From NCBI RefSeq assembly GCF_000006765.1, contig NC_002516.2: 64,000 nucleotides of DNA; one strand, given 5' to 3'. Below the pieces are notes generated by a model that was given only the letters and a program-made list of their open reading frames with translations, searched no databases and was not told where the DNA came from. Shown piece after piece: positions 32,748-47,075 of this stretch (the first letter of the stretch is position 1; every line of letters begins with the position of its first letter). This stretch comes from Pseudomonas aeruginosa PAO1 (GTDB taxonomy: Bacteria > Pseudomonadota > Gammaproteobacteria > Pseudomonadales > Pseudomonadaceae). The translations under genes and the position numbers were made by a program.

Positions 32748-33695
32748 TCAAAGGCCGCCCGGCCAGAACGCACGGATACCCGCCACGCCCTGGGCTCCAT
32801 GCTCCCAAGCCTGCTCGGCTTGCTGCGGACCGAGGCCACCCAGCAGGTAGACCGGCTGGTTGAAGCCGGCGATCAGTTCGGCGGCCTTGTCCCAACCCAG
32901 CGCCGGCTCGCCGGGATGGCTCTCGGTCGGCTGTACCGGCGAAAGGGTGACGAACTCCACTCCCATCGAGGCAGCCAGGGCCAGTTCCTCCGCGTCGTGG
33001 CAGGAGGCGGCCAGCAGGCGCCCTTCGGGGAACGGCCGACCGGCGCTGGCGTATTTGCGCAGTTGAGCGGAGGTCAGGTGCCAACCGGCAGCCGGGAAGT
33101 CGCCCAGCCACTCCAGCGGGCCTTTCAGCATCAGTTGCGCCTTGCCGGCGCAGAGTCCCTGGATATCGATGGCGAGATCGCGGTATTCGGGACTGAACAT
33201 GTTCGGCGCGCGCAACTGGATCAGGCGGATGCCCGCCTCCACCGCCTTGCGTACGCCGCTGATCAGCTCGCCCGGCTCCAATCCGTCCGGGGTGATCAGG
33301 TAGTGCGCCGGCAGGCGCGCGGCCTGGACGATCGGCGCGTTGGCGGCGGGGAACTCGTAGTCGGCCAGCTCGCGCGGCTCCACCCAGGCCAGCGGTTGGC
33401 CCTCGGCGCCGTGGGCTTCGCCGGAAAACCCGTCGACCTCCCAGACATCGAGCAGGACGTGCTTGTCGGCATAGTCGTGCCGGACCTGGATCAGCGGCCG
33501 GGCCCGCTCGACACGGATGCCCAGTTCCTCTTCCAGCTCACGGGCCAACGCCGCGCGCACCGGCTCGCCGTCCTCCACCTTGCCCCCGGGAAACTCCCAC
33601 AGGCCGCCCTGGTGCTTGTCTTCCGGCCGCCGGGCGATCAGCACCCGGCCATCGGAGCCACGAATCACGGCCGCGGCGACATGTACTCGTTTCAC
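32748..33695 (-). CDS. mutT: MutT Nudix hydrolase fused to a thiamine-phosphate-synthase-like TIM barrel, 315 aa
   Basis: Nudix box GGKVE.GE....A..RELEEELG. C-terminal IQLR, ASCH and LSPV.PT.SHPG motifs. Confidence 0.88.
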   Translation of the reverse strand: MKRVHVAAAVIRGSDGRVLIARRPEDKHQGGLWEFPGGKVEDGEPVRAALARELEEELGIRVERARPLIQVRHDYADKHVLLDVWEVDGFSGEAHGAEGQPLAWVEPRELADYEFPAANAPIVQAARLPAHYLITPDGLEPGELISGVRKAVEAGIRLIQLRAPNMFSPEYRDLAIDIQGLCAGKAQLMLKGPLEWLGDFPAAGWHLTSAQLRKYASAGRPFPEGRLLAASCHDAEELALAASMGVEFVTLSPVQPTESHPGEPALGWDKAAELIAGFNQPVYLLGGLGPQQAEQAWEHGAQGVAGIRAFWPGGL

Positions 33696-33745
33696 GGATC
33701 ATCTCCTCGCTACTGCCGTCACGCACCGCAAGCGGCGGACGGCCA

Positions 33746-34381
33746 TCAACTACCGGCCTGCTCGCGCAATGCCGCGTCGTACCAGGCGCGGAACGCAGGC
33801 CACTGATAAATCGTCTCGACATAGGTCCGGGCGATATCCGGCAACTCCACCGCATAACTGCGGAAACGCGCCGCCACCGGTGCGTAGAACGCATCCGCCA
33901 GGCTGGCGTGGCCGAACAGGAACGGACCGTCCTGGCCGAAGCGCCGCAGGCAATCCGCCCAGGCTTCGCAGATACGTTGAATATCCTGTCGTGTCGCCTC
34001 GGACAATTCCACCAATGGCTGCTGGCGCCGCAGGTCCATCGGCAGCTCGCCGCGCAACGCGGCGAAACCGCTGTGCATTTCCGCGCAAACCGAACGGGCC
34101 AGCGCCCGCGCCGCCTCGCCGCGCGGCCACAGGTGGGCCTCGGGGAAGCGCTCGGCGAGGTACTCGGCGATGGCCAGGGAATCCCAGATGTCGCCATCCT
34201 CGCTTTTCAGCAAGGGCACCTTGCCGGTCGGCGAATATTGCAGGATCCGCTCCCGGGTATCGGGCCGCCCCAGCGGGACGAGGATCTCGTCGAACGCCGC
34301 CCCGCTCATGCGCAGGGCCAGCCAGCCCCGCAGCGACCAGGACGAGTCATTGCGATTGCCAATCACGATGGTCAGGGCCAT
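33746..34381 (-). CDS. Glutathione S-transferase family protein, 211 aa
   Basis: SD GAGGAG. SSWSLR, SPTGKVP, WDSLAI.EYL and AEMHSGF motifs. Confidence 0.9.
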   Translation of the reverse strand: MALTIVIGNRNDSSWSLRGWLALRMSGAAFDEILVPLGRPDTRERILQYSPTGKVPLLKSEDGDIWDSLAIAEYLAERFPEAHLWPRGEAARALARSVCAEMHSGFAALRGELPMDLRRQQPLVELSEATRQDIQRICEAWADCLRRFGQDGPFLFGHASLADAFYAPVAARFRSYAVELPDIARTYVETIYQWPAFRAWYDAALREQAGS

Positions 34382-34501
34382 GCGCCTCTCCTCTTCGGCC
34401 GCCCGACGCGGACGGCCATGCACCAGAGAACTTAAGAGGCGCACGGACCGATGGCAAATTCCCGATTTTCATCCATCGATGAAGGATCGGAATGCCTGGC
34501 T

Positions 34502-35719
34502 TCAGGTGCGGTACTCTGCGTTGATCTTCACGTATTCGTGGGACAGGTCGGTGGTCCAGATGGTCTCGCTGCAGGTGCCGCGTCCCAGTTCGATGCGGAT
34601 GCCGATCTCGGCCTGGGCCATCACCGCCGCGCCCTGTTCCTCGGTGTAACTGGCCGCCCGGCCGCCACGGCTGGCGATACAGACGTCGCCAAGGAATACG
34701 TCGATCTTGCTCACGTCCAGATTGGCCACGCCGGCACGTCCGACCGCGGCGAGAATGCGTCCCCAGTTCGGGTCGGAGGCGAACAGCGCGGTCTTGATCA
34801 GCGGCGAGTGGGCCACGGCATAGCCGACATCCAGGCACTCCTGGTGGGTGGCGCCGCCGTTGACCTGAACAGTGACGAACTTGGTCGCGCCCTCGCCGTC
34901 GCGAACGATGGCCTGGGCCAGCTCCATGGAAACCTCCAGTACCGCTTGCTTCAACGCGGCGAACAGCGCGCCGCTGGCCTGGGTGACTTCCGGCAGCGCC
35001 GCGCGACCGGTGGCGATCAGCATGCAGCAGTCGTTGGTGGAGGTATCGCCGTCGATGGTGATGCGGTTGAAGGACTTGTTGGCGGCGTCGCGCAACAGAT
35101 CCTGCAGCACGCCCTGGGCGACCTTGGCGTCGGTGGCGATATAACCGAGCATGGTCGCCATGTTCGGCTTGATCATCCCGGCGCCCTTGCTGATCCCGGT
35201 GACGGTCACGGTCACGCCATCGTGCACGAACTGGCGGCTGGCGCCCTTGGGCAGGGTATCGGTGGTCATGATCCCCGCGGCAGCTTCGGCCCAGCGGTCC
35301 TCGGCCAGGTCGGCCAGGGCCGCAGGCAACGCCGCCTCGATCTTGGCCACCGGCAGGGGCTCGCCGATCACCCCGGTGGAATATGGCAGCACCGAAGTCT
35401 CGGCGACCCCGGCCAGTTCGGCGAGCTTGGCGCAGGTTTGCGCAGCGGCGGCGAGGCCGGCCTCGCCGGTACCGGCGTTGGCGTTGCCGGTATTGGTCAG
35501 CAGGTAGCGCACCTCACCGAGGAAACGCTGTTTGGCCAGGGTCACCGGCGCGGCACAGAACGCGTTCAGGGTGAACACCCCGGCCACGCTGGAGCCTTCG
35601 GCGCAGCGCATGACCACCACGTCTTTGCGCCCCGGTCGCTTGATGCCGGCGGAAGCGATGCCGAGTTCGAAACCGGGGACCGGGTGCAGGGTGGACAGGG
35701 GGCCAAGACCGACAGCCAT
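34502..35719 (-). CDS. argJ: Ornithine acetyltransferase/N-acetylglutamate synthase ArgJ, 405 aa
   Basis: [28 protein letters not shown] cleavage site, DGDTSTND and RDGEGATK motifs. Confidence 0.96.
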   Translation of the reverse strand: MAVGLGPLSTLHPVPGFELGIASAGIKRPGRKDVVVMRCAEGSSVAGVFTLNAFCAAPVTLAKQRFLGEVRYLLTNTGNANAGTGEAGLAAAAQTCAKLAELAGVAETSVLPYSTGVIGEPLPVAKIEAALPAALADLAEDRWAEAAAGIMTTDTLPKGASRQFVHDGVTVTVTGISKGAGMIKPNMATMLGYIATDAKVAQGVLQDLLRDAANKSFNRITIDGDTSTNDCCMLIATGRAALPEVTQASGALFAALKQAVLEVSMELAQAIVRDGEGATKFVTVQVNGGATHQECLDVGYAVAHSPLIKTALFASDPNWGRILAAVGRAGVANLDVSKIDVFLGDVCIASRGGRAASYTEEQGAAVMAQAEIGIRIELGRGTCSETIWTTDLSHEYVKINAEYRT

Positions 35720-35865
35720 GGGAACGCGCTCCTTTACCAAACAGTGGACTCGATGCCGTCCGCGACGGCGTGACGGAAAACGCATCGGCGCCGGGCTGGC
35801 GCCAATTCGAACAAACGCCGCGAGCGGCAGGACCGGTCGCGGCGTTGGTGAACCAGGCGGGAAGC

Positions 35866-38616
35866 TTAGTCCAGCTGCCCGTGGCAGTGCTTGTATTTCT
35901 TGCCGGAACCGCACGGGCAAGGCTCGTTGCGGCCGATCTTCTGCTCGTTGCGCACAGGCTCGAGCGGCACGACCGGAGCCGGGCCCTCGGGAAGCTCTTC
36001 TTCCTCGCCGGCCACGGCCTGCTCCATCGAGGGAGCCTCGGCGTGCTGGAACTGCATGCGCTTGGCCAGTTCCTCCGCCTCGCGACGCAGGCGGGCCTCC
36101 TCTTCGGCCGGGTCTTCGCGACGGACCTGGACGTGGGACAGCACGCGGATGGTGTCGCGCTTGATCGAGTCCAGCAGCTCCTGGAACAGGGTGAAGGACT
36201 CGCGCTTGTATTCCTGCTTCGGATTCTTCTGCGCGTAGCCACGCAGGTGGATGCCGTGCCGCAGGTGGTCCATGGTCGACAGGTGGTCCTTCCACAGGTC
36301 GTCCAGTACCCGCAGCAGCATCTGCTTCTCGAAGGCGCGCAGGGCTTCGGCGCCGGCCAGCTCTTCCTTCTCGTAGTAGGCGGCGACGATCTGCTCGAGG
36401 ATCTTGCTACGCAGGGTTTCCTCGTACAGCTTGTCGTCTTCGTCCAGCCACTGCTGGATCGGCAGGCGCACGGCGAAGTCGCTGTACAGCGCAGCCTCCA
36501 GGCCTTCGATGTCCCACTGCTCGGGCAGCGACTGCGGCGGAATGTGCTGGTTGATGGTGGCGCTGAGGGTTTCCTCGCGGAATTCCTTGATGGTCTCGCC
36601 CACGTCCTCTGCCGACAGCAGGGTATTGCGCATGTGGTAGATCACCTTGCGCTGCTCGTTGGCTACGTCATCGAATTCCAGCAGTTGCTTGCGGATGTCG
36701 AAGTTGCGCCCTTCGACCTTGCGCTGGGCCTTCTCGATGGCGTTGGTCACCATGCGGTGCTCGATCGCCTCGCCGGACTGCATGCCCAGCGCCTTCATGA
36801 AGTTCTTCACCCGGTCGGAGGCGAAGATCCGCATCAGGTTGTCTTCCAGCGACAGGTAGAAGCGGCTGGAACCCGGGTCGCCCTGACGACCGGCACGGCC
36901 GCGCAACTGGTTGTCGATCCGGCGGGATTCGTGGCGCTCGGAGGCGATCACGTGCAGGCCGCCCGCCTCGATCACCTGCTGGTGGCGCTTCTGCCATTCG
37001 GCCTTGATCTGGGCGATCTGCTCCTCGGTGGGGTTCTCCAGGGCCGCGACTTCGACTTCCCAGTTGCCGCCGAGGAGGATGTCGGTACCGCGGCCGGCCA
37101 TGTTGGTGGCGATGGTCACCGAACCGGGCGCGCCAGCCTGGGCGATGATCTCGGCTTCCTTCTCGTGGTACTTGGCGTTGAGCACCTTGTGCTCGATGCC
37201 TGCCTCTTGCAACAGCTTGGAAACGTACTCGGAACTCTCGATCGACGCGGTGCCGACCAGGATCGGCCGGCCGAGGGCCTGGCACTGCTTGATGTCGGTG
37301 ATGATCGCCGCGTACTTCTCTTCCTGGGTCAGGTAGACCAGGTCGTTGAAGTCCTTGCGCGCGATCGGCCGGTGGGTCGGGATCACCACCACGTCGAGAC
37401 CGTAGATCTGGCGGAACTCGAAGGCCTCGGTATCGGCGGTGCCGGTCATGCCGGCCAGCTTGTTGTACAGGCGGAAGTAGTTCTGGAAGGTGGTGGAGGC
37501 CAGGGTCTGGCTCTCGGCCTGGATCGGCAAGCCTTCCTTCGCCTCGATGGCCTGGTGCAGGCCCTCGGACAGGCGTCGGCCAGGCATGGTGCGGCCGGTG
37601 TGCTCGTCGATCAGGAGGATCTGGTCGCCCTGGACGATGTACTCGACGTTGCGGTGGAACAGGGTGTGCGCGCGCAGCGCTGCGTAGACGTGGGTCAGCA
37701 GGCTCAGGTTGTGCGCCGAGTAGAGGCTCTCGCCTTCGCCGAGCAGGCCGTTCTGGCTCAGCAGGTCCTCGATGAACTGGTGGCCCTGCTCGTTGAGTTC
37801 GACCTGGCGGGTCTTCTCGTCGATGCTGTAGTGGCCTTCCTCGGTCGGCTTGCCCTCGACCTCTTCAACCTGGCGCTTGAGACGCGGGATCAGCTTGTTG
37901 ATCTTGATGTACAGCTCGGAGCTGTCTTCGGCCTGGCCGGAGATGATCAGCGGGGTACGCGCCTCGTCGATGAGGATCGAGTCCACTTCGTCGACCACGG
38001 CGAAGTTCAGCTCGCGCTGGAACTTGTCGTCCAGGCTGAAGGCCATGTTGTCGCGCAGGTAATCGAAGCCGAATTCGTTGTTGGTGCCGTAGGTGATGTC
38101 GGCGGCGTAGGCGGCGCGCTTGTCTTCCGGCGGCTGGAAGGGAGTGACCACGCCGACGCTGAGGCCGAGGAACTCGTACAGCGGGCGCATCCAGTTGGCG
38201 TCGCGGCGCGCCAGGTAGTCGTTCACCGTGACCACGTGCACGCCCTTGCCGGACAGCGCGTTGAGGTAGACCGGCAGGGTGCCCACCAGGGTCTTGCCCT
38301 CGCCGGTACGCATTTCGGCGATCTTGCCGTCGTGCAGGGTCATGCCACCGATCAGCTGGACATCGAAGTGGCGCATGCCCATCACCCGCTTGCCAGCCTC
38401 GCGAACCACGGCGAAGGCTTCGGGCAGCAATTGGTCGAGCGTTTCGCCCTTGGCGTAGCGCTGCTGGAATTCAGCCGTTTTCGCCTTCAACTGCTCGTCG
38501 GAGAGCGCCACCATCTGGGGCTCGAGCGCATTGATGGCCTGTACAGCCTTGGCCATGCGCTTTACATCACGCTCGTTCTTGCTTCCAAAGAGTTTCTTCA
38601 ACAAAGGCGCAAACAT
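35866..38616 (-). CDS. secA: Preprotein translocase ATPase SecA, 916 aa
   Basis: [33 protein letters not shown] and C-terminal [13 protein letters not shown]. Confidence 0.99.
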   Translation of the reverse strand: MFAPLLKKLFGSKNERDVKRMAKAVQAINALEPQMVALSDEQLKAKTAEFQQRYAKGETLDQLLPEAFAVVREAGKRVMGMRHFDVQLIGGMTLHDGKIAEMRTGEGKTLVGTLPVYLNALSGKGVHVVTVNDYLARRDANWMRPLYEFLGLSVGVVTPFQPPEDKRAAYAADITYGTNNEFGFDYLRDNMAFSLDDKFQRELNFAVVDEVDSILIDEARTPLIISGQAEDSSELYIKINKLIPRLKRQVEEVEGKPTEEGHYSIDEKTRQVELNEQGHQFIEDLLSQNGLLGEGESLYSAHNLSLLTHVYAALRAHTLFHRNVEYIVQGDQILLIDEHTGRTMPGRRLSEGLHQAIEAKEGLPIQAESQTLASTTFQNYFRLYNKLAGMTGTADTEAFEFRQIYGLDVVVIPTHRPIARKDFNDLVYLTQEEKYAAIITDIKQCQALGRPILVGTASIESSEYVSKLLQEAGIEHKVLNAKYHEKEAEIIAQAGAPGSVTIATNMAGRGTDILLGGNWEVEVAALENPTEEQIAQIKAEWQKRHQQVIEAGGLHVIASERHESRRIDNQLRGRAGRQGDPGSSRFYLSLEDNLMRIFASDRVKNFMKALGMQSGEAIEHRMVTNAIEKAQRKVEGRNFDIRKQLLEFDDVANEQRKVIYHMRNTLLSAEDVGETIKEFREETLSATINQHIPPQSLPEQWDIEGLEAALYSDFAVRLPIQQWLDEDDKLYEETLRSKILEQIVAAYYEKEELAGAEALRAFEKQMLLRVLDDLWKDHLSTMDHLRHGIHLRGYAQKNPKQEYKRESFTLFQELLDSIKRDTIRVLSHVQVRREDPAEEEARLRREAEELAKRMQFQHAEAPSMEQAVAGEEEELPEGPAPVVPLEPVRNEQKIGRNEPCPCGSGKKYKHCHGQLD

Positions 38617-38749
38617 ATCGACTTGGTCATCCACACGTGGGGAATGGAAGGCTCACCCATCCGGCGGCCCGTGCCGATCAACGGCATGAAAGGGAACATT
38701 CTACCCGGAAACGGGTATGAGAAAAGTACAGCAGATCAATGCGCGTCGC

Positions 38750-39673
38750 TCACTCGGAAACAGACGCGCGTGCGATGAAGCTTTGCGGATTCATTACCCG
38801 GCCATCCTTCATCACTTCGAAATGTACGTGGTAGCCGGTGGAGCGTCCGGTGCTGCCGACCTTGGCCAGCACCTGGCCGCGCTTGACCAGGTCACCGACC
38901 TCGACCAGGTTCTTCTGGTTATGGGCATACAACGTGGTGTAGCCATCGGCGTGCCCGACCTCGACCACGTTGCCATAGCCGTTCTTGCGCCCGGACCAGG
39001 TCACCACCCCCGCCGCCACGGCCACCACGTCGCTGCCGGCCGGCGCGGCGAAGTCGATGCCCTTGTGCATGCTCAGGCGGCCGCTCACCGGATTGACCCG
39101 GCGCCCGAACGGCGAGGAGATGTAGCCCTGGCGCACCGGCTGGCCGGCCAGGTAGGTCGACTGGCTGATGTGCTTGTCGGCGAGCAGTTGCTCCAGCACC
39201 TCGAGCTGCTGCTCGCGGGTATCCAGGCGTGCCGCCAGTTCGTCCAGCGTCGCCATGAACGACGGCGGGGCATAGGCGCTGCCCTCCAGCGGTTCGTCGA
39301 CGCCACCCTGGCCGACGCTCAGGGAGAAGTCGAACTCGTCGGGGTCGACGTCGGCCAGCTCGGTGAGACGTTCGCCGAGGGCATCCAGCCGAACCAGGCG
39401 CGCCTGCAGTTCGCCGAGATGCACGCTCAGTGCGTCCATCTGCCGCTGCGCGTCCTCGCGGGCGCTGCTGATCTCGGCGCTCTGCGCCTGCAGCGCGGCA
39501 TCGACTTCGATGCCGGCCACCGGAGCCGGCGCGCGGAACAGCCAGGCGCCCATGAAGCCCCCGGCCAACAGGCTGGCACCGACCACGCAGGCCCCGGCCA
39601 GCATCAGCAACCGCGGCTGCAGATGGACGGAGCGAGCGGCCCCATGGTGCCGGCTCAGAAAAATGATGTGCAT
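38750..39673 (-). CDS. M23-family peptidoglycan endopeptidase with TM and coiled coil, 307 aa
   Basis: SSPFGRR, HKGIDFAAP, LYAHN and GRSTGYHVHFEV motifs. Confidence 0.9.
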   Translation of the reverse strand: MHIIFLSRHHGAARSVHLQPRLLMLAGACVVGASLLAGGFMGAWLFRAPAPVAGIEVDAALQAQSAEISSAREDAQRQMDALSVHLGELQARLVRLDALGERLTELADVDPDEFDFSLSVGQGGVDEPLEGSAYAPPSFMATLDELAARLDTREQQLEVLEQLLADKHISQSTYLAGQPVRQGYISSPFGRRVNPVSGRLSMHKGIDFAAPAGSDVVAVAAGVVTWSGRKNGYGNVVEVGHADGYTTLYAHNQKNLVEVGDLVKRGQVLAKVGSTGRSTGYHVHFEVMKDGRVMNPQSFIARASVSE

Positions 39674-39753
39674 GACTTATCCTTCATACGGGCCGGCAGT
39701 AGCGAAACGCTTTCTGCTACCATTCCGACTCAGTAACCCCCAGGCTTCCCGCC

Positions 39754-40215
39754 ATGTCTTTTCGTCCCTTGCCCGCCCAGGCATCGACCCAGTTGCTGCG
39801 CCAGGCCAGGCCGCTGCAGATGCTGTTCGCCGAAGCCCAGCGCATCTGCCGCCTGCAGCAACTGCTGGAAAGCCAGTTGCAACCGGCGGCGCGCCCGTAC
39901 TGCCATGTGGCTTCGTGGCGCGGCGGTTGCCTGCTGCTGATCGTCACCGATGGCCACTGGGCCACACGCCTGCGCTATCAGCAGCGGCGCCTGCAGCGGC
40001 AGCTGCAGGCTTTCGAAGAATTCGCGAACTTAGCGAAAATCCTTTTCAAGGTGCAACCCACCACGTCCACACAACGTGCGGCACGTCGCAGCTTGACCCT
40101 GTCTGCCGTCGCGGCGGAAAACCTTCGCGAATCCGCCGAGATCGTCGGCAATCCACGCCTGCGGGAAGCGCTCGAGCGGTTGGCAAGCCGCGCCGAGAAA
40201 AGCCGGCAAGAATAA
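39754..40215 (+). CDS. dciA: DciA (DUF721) replicative helicase loader, 153 aa
   Basis: MSFRPL start, CHVASWR.G.LLL and WATRLRYQQ. Located between lpxC and secA. Confidence 0.82.
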   Translation: MSFRPLPAQASTQLLRQARPLQMLFAEAQRICRLQQLLESQLQPAARPYCHVASWRGGCLLLIVTDGHWATRLRYQQRRLQRQLQAFEEFANLAKILFKVQPTTSTQRAARRSLTLSAVAAENLRESAEIVGNPRLREALERLASRAEKSRQE

Positions 40216-40225
40216 ATCCCGAAAT

Positions 40226-40252
40226 AAAAAGAGGCCACCCTGAGGTGGCCTC
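40226..40252 (-). terminator. Intrinsic terminator after lpxC
   Basis: GAGGCCACC-CTGA-GGTGGCCTC with an A tract on the left (U tract on the minus strand). Confidence 0.8.
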
Positions 40253-40275
40253 CAAATATGGAAAGGAGAGTTTTC

Positions 40276-41199
<924 letters not shown>

Positions 41200-41239
41200 T
41201 TAAGCGCTGACTGCGAACTGTTTTCAACAATGGCCGGCG

Positions 41240-41248
41240 ATGATAGCA
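41240..41248 (-). promoter_or_regulatory. Extended -10 of the lpxC promoter
   Basis: TG-C-TATCAT within the ftsZ-lpxC gap, flanked by a GGCCGG/CCGGCC inverted repeat. Confidence 0.5.
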
Positions 41249-41299
41249 GAACCGGCCTTTGCTGAACACCAATCACATCTCTACTCCTGATTAATTACT

Positions 41300-42484
41300 T
41301 CAATCGGCCTGACGACGCAGGAACGCCGGGATATCCAGGTAATCCAGGTCATCCTGCGGGTTCAGCTTGGCCGCGGTCGCCGCGCTGCCGTGAGACTGGT
41401 TGCGCATCACGGTAGGACGGTCGAGGTCGCGGTAGTTCACCGACTGCTGCTCGCGCTGGGCCGGAGCGGCTGCCTGGGCTGCACTGCCCTGCACGGTGTT
41501 GTCGACGACCTTCACCGGTTTCTCCAGGCGCGCGCCCAGGCCGGTGGCGACTACGGTGACGTGCAGCTCATCGCGCATGTCCGCGTCGATCACGGTGCCC
41601 ACCTTCACAGTGGCGTGCTCGGAAGCGAACTGTTCGATGATGTTGCCGACATCGGAGTACTCGCCCAGGGACAGGTCCGGACCCGCGGTGATGTTCACCA
41701 GGATGCCGCGCGCGCCCTGCAGGTTGACGTCTTCCAGCAGCGGGTTGCGGATTGCCGCCTCGGTGGCCTCGCGGGCACGGTTCGGACCGCTGGCGCAGCC
41801 GGTACCCATCATCGCCATGCCCATTTCGCTCATGACGGTCTTCACGTCGGCGAAGTCGACGTTGATCATGCCCGGACGCTTGATGATGTCGGAGATACCG
41901 CGCACGGCACCGGCCAGCACGTCATCGGCCTTGGCGAAGGCGGCCAGCAGGCTGGCGTCCTTGCCGAGGATGGTCAGCAGCTTCTCGTTCGGGATGGTGA
42001 TCAGCGAATCGACGCTCTCGGCCAGCGCGCGGATGCCCTCGTCGGCGATCTGCATGCGCTTGCGACCTTCGAACGGGAACGGGCGGGTCACCACCGCGAC
42101 GGTGAGGATGCCCATTTCCTTCGCCACTTCGGCGATGATCGGCGCGGCGCCGGTACCGGTGCCGCCACCCATGCCGGTGGTGATGAAGACCATGTCGGCG
42201 CCTTCCAGCACTTCGGAAATGCGCTCGCGATCTTCCAGAGCCGCCTGACGACCGACTTCCGGATTGGCGCCGGCACCCAGCCCCTTGGTGACGCCCGGGC
42301 CGAGTTGCAGAACGGTGCGCGCCGCGATGTTCTTCAGCGCTTGTGCGTCGGTGTTGGCGCAGATGAACTCGACGCCCTCGACGTTGTTCTTGGCCATGTG
42401 ATTGACGGCGTTGCCGCCACCACCACCTACACCGATCACTTTTATGACGGCGGTTTGTGCGATGTTATCGACCAGTTCAAACAT
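41300..42484 (-). CDS. ftsZ: Cell division protein FtsZ, 394 aa
   Basis: [15 protein letters not shown] tubulin signature and C-terminal [10 protein letters not shown]. Confidence 0.99.
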   Translation of the reverse strand: MFELVDNIAQTAVIKVIGVGGGGGNAVNHMAKNNVEGVEFICANTDAQALKNIAARTVLQLGPGVTKGLGAGANPEVGRQAALEDRERISEVLEGADMVFITTGMGGGTGTGAAPIIAEVAKEMGILTVAVVTRPFPFEGRKRMQIADEGIRALAESVDSLITIPNEKLLTILGKDASLLAAFAKADDVLAGAVRGISDIIKRPGMINVDFADVKTVMSEMGMAMMGTGCASGPNRAREATEAAIRNPLLEDVNLQGARGILVNITAGPDLSLGEYSDVGNIIEQFASEHATVKVGTVIDADMRDELHVTVVATGLGARLEKPVKVVDNTVQGSAAQAAAPAQREQQSVNYRDLDRPTVMRNQSHGSAATAAKLNPQDDLDYLDIPAFLRRQAD

Positions 42485-42534
42485 TTCCCCTCTCCTTCCT
42501 TTCTAGTTTTGTCGCCTACTGTTACCGCGTTGAA

Positions 42535-43788
42535 TCAGAAATTGCCCTGGACCCAGCGTTTGAGCCGCTCCAGGACAGGTGCCTTGGGTTCGTCGCTGCT
42601 GTAGCTGCTGCCTGACACAGACATCGACATTCCATCGGACTGCTTCTGCAGTCCGTACATCAGCAGGCCGACGCCCGTCGAATAGATCGGGTTGCGCACC
42701 ACGTCGGTGAGGCCCTTCACGCTATACGGCACGCCGAGGCGTACCGGCATGTGGAAGATTTCCTCGGCCAGCTCGACCGCGCCTTCCATCTTCGAGGTGC
42801 CGCCGGTGAGGACGATCCCTGCCGGGATCAGGTCCTCGTAGCCGCTGCGGCGCAGCTCGGCCTGGACCAGGGTGAACAGCTCGTCGTAACGAGGCTCGAC
42901 CACTTCGGCCAGGGCCTGGCGCGACAGTTCGCGCGGCGGCCGGTCGCCGACGCTGGGCACCTTGATGGTCTCGCCGGCACCGGCCAGCTTGGCCAGGGCG
43001 CAGGCGTAGCGGATCTTGATCTCTTCCGCGTACTGGGTCGGCGTACGCAGGGCCATGGCGATGTCATTGGTGACCTGGTCGCCGGCGATCGGGATCACCG
43101 CGGTATGGCGGATCGCGCCTTCGGTGAAGATCGCGATATCGGTGGTGCCGCCGCCGATATCCACCAGGCACACGCCCAGTTCCTTCTCGTCCTCGGTCAG
43201 CACCGAATAGGCCGAGGCCAACTGCTCGAGGATGATGTCGTCGACCTCGAGGCCGCAGCGGCGCACGCACTTCTCGATGTTCTGCGAAGCATTCACCGCG
43301 CAGGTCACCACGTGCACCTTGGCTTCCAGGCGCACCCCGGACATGCCCAGCGGCTCGCGCACGCCTTCCTGGTTATCGATCACGTAATCCTGGGCCAGGG
43401 TATGCAGCACCCGCTGGTCCGCTGGGATCGCCACCGCCTGGGCGGCATCCAGTACCCGTTCGATATCCGCCGGGTTCACCTCGCGATCGCGGATCGCCAC
43501 GATGCCGTGGGAATTGAGGCTGCGGATGTGGTTGCCGGCGATGCCGACGAACGCCGAGTGGATACGGCAACCGGCCATCTGCTGGGCCTCGTCGATGGCG
43601 CGCTGGATCGACTGCACGGTGGACTCGATGTTCACCACCACGCCCTTCTTCAGGCCGCGGGACGGATGAGTACCGATGCCAACGACCTCCAGCTGGCCAT
43701 CGGCCGTCACCTCGCCCACCAGCGCCACCACCTTGGAGGTACCGATGTCGAGGCCGACGATCATCTTGCCGCTCTGCACGCTTGCCAT
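42535..43788 (-). CDS. ftsA: Cell division protein FtsA, 417 aa
   Basis: LDIGTSK, VDIGGGTT, LTGGTS and C-terminal amphipathic WVQGNF. Confidence 0.99.
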   Translation of the reverse strand: MASVQSGKMIVGLDIGTSKVVALVGEVTADGQLEVVGIGTHPSRGLKKGVVVNIESTVQSIQRAIDEAQQMAGCRIHSAFVGIAGNHIRSLNSHGIVAIRDREVNPADIERVLDAAQAVAIPADQRVLHTLAQDYVIDNQEGVREPLGMSGVRLEAKVHVVTCAVNASQNIEKCVRRCGLEVDDIILEQLASAYSVLTEDEKELGVCLVDIGGGTTDIAIFTEGAIRHTAVIPIAGDQVTNDIAMALRTPTQYAEEIKIRYACALAKLAGAGETIKVPSVGDRPPRELSRQALAEVVEPRYDELFTLVQAELRRSGYEDLIPAGIVLTGGTSKMEGAVELAEEIFHMPVRLGVPYSVKGLTDVVRNPIYSTGVGLLMYGLQKQSDGMSMSVSGSSYSSDEPKAPVLERLKRWVQGNF

Positions 43789-43809
43789 GGTTATTACTGT
43801 CTCCTCAAC

Positions 43810-44673
43810 TCACTGCACGGCGCTGGCCGTGGCCACCGTCGCGGGCGTGACCGGCTCGCGCCACGCAACGGCGAGGCCGTTGGGGTAACGCAGGTCGATC
43901 CGCGCAATGTTCGAAATCTGATCTTTGAGTGCCTTGTCGTAGATGCTTACGAAGCGGCGAATCTTGTCTACCACGTGGTCGCGCCCGATCTGGATCTCGA
44001 CGCCCTGGGCCGTGGTCAGCGCCCAACCGCCGCGATCGCTCATTTCCAGGCGGGCGATGGAGAACCCGAGGGGACGCAGCAACTGGCTGAGCAACTGGTA
44101 TTGCTGCATCACCTGCTGTTGCGCCCGCTGTGGACCATGCAAGCGGGGCAGATGTTCATAATTCGCCAGTTCCTTTGGCGTAAAAGCCTGTCCCTGGTTG
44201 TTCAGCAGCGCTTCGTCGCCCCACCGCGCGATCGGCAGTTGCTCGTCCAGGCGGATCACCACCTGGTCCGGCCACACCCGGCGCACCTCGGCGTGGGCGA
44301 TCCAGGGCATCTGTTCCAGTTGCCCGCGCATGCCCGCCAGGTCGATGGTGAAGAAGCTCGCCGCCAGGTACGGGGAGATCCGCTGCTGCACCGCGCGCTG
44401 GCTGATGTAGCTGAGGTCGCCCTCGACACTGACCTTGGCGATCGGCCGGTCGGCGTACGGCAGGATGTACTCGGCGCCGCGATAGGCGCCATAGCCGAGA
44501 ACGGCCAGCAACAGCGGCCAGGCCAGGTACTTGAGGAAACTGAAGTCGGCTTTCGGCAGGCGCACGCTCAGCGGTTCCTTGGCCACCAGACGGCTGGCGC
44601 CGCGCGGCATCGGCTTGCGCGGAGCGCGGCCGAGTCCACCGGGTTGCTGATGACGGAGCAGTACGCCATTCAT
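43810..44673 (-). CDS. ftsQ: Cell division protein FtsQ, 287 aa
   Basis: Single TM, POTRA domain ([13 protein letters not shown]) and [11 protein letters not shown]. Confidence 0.96.
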
Positions 44674-44676
44674 GGC

Positions 44677-47067
<2,391 letters not shown>

Positions 47068-47075
<8 letters not shown>

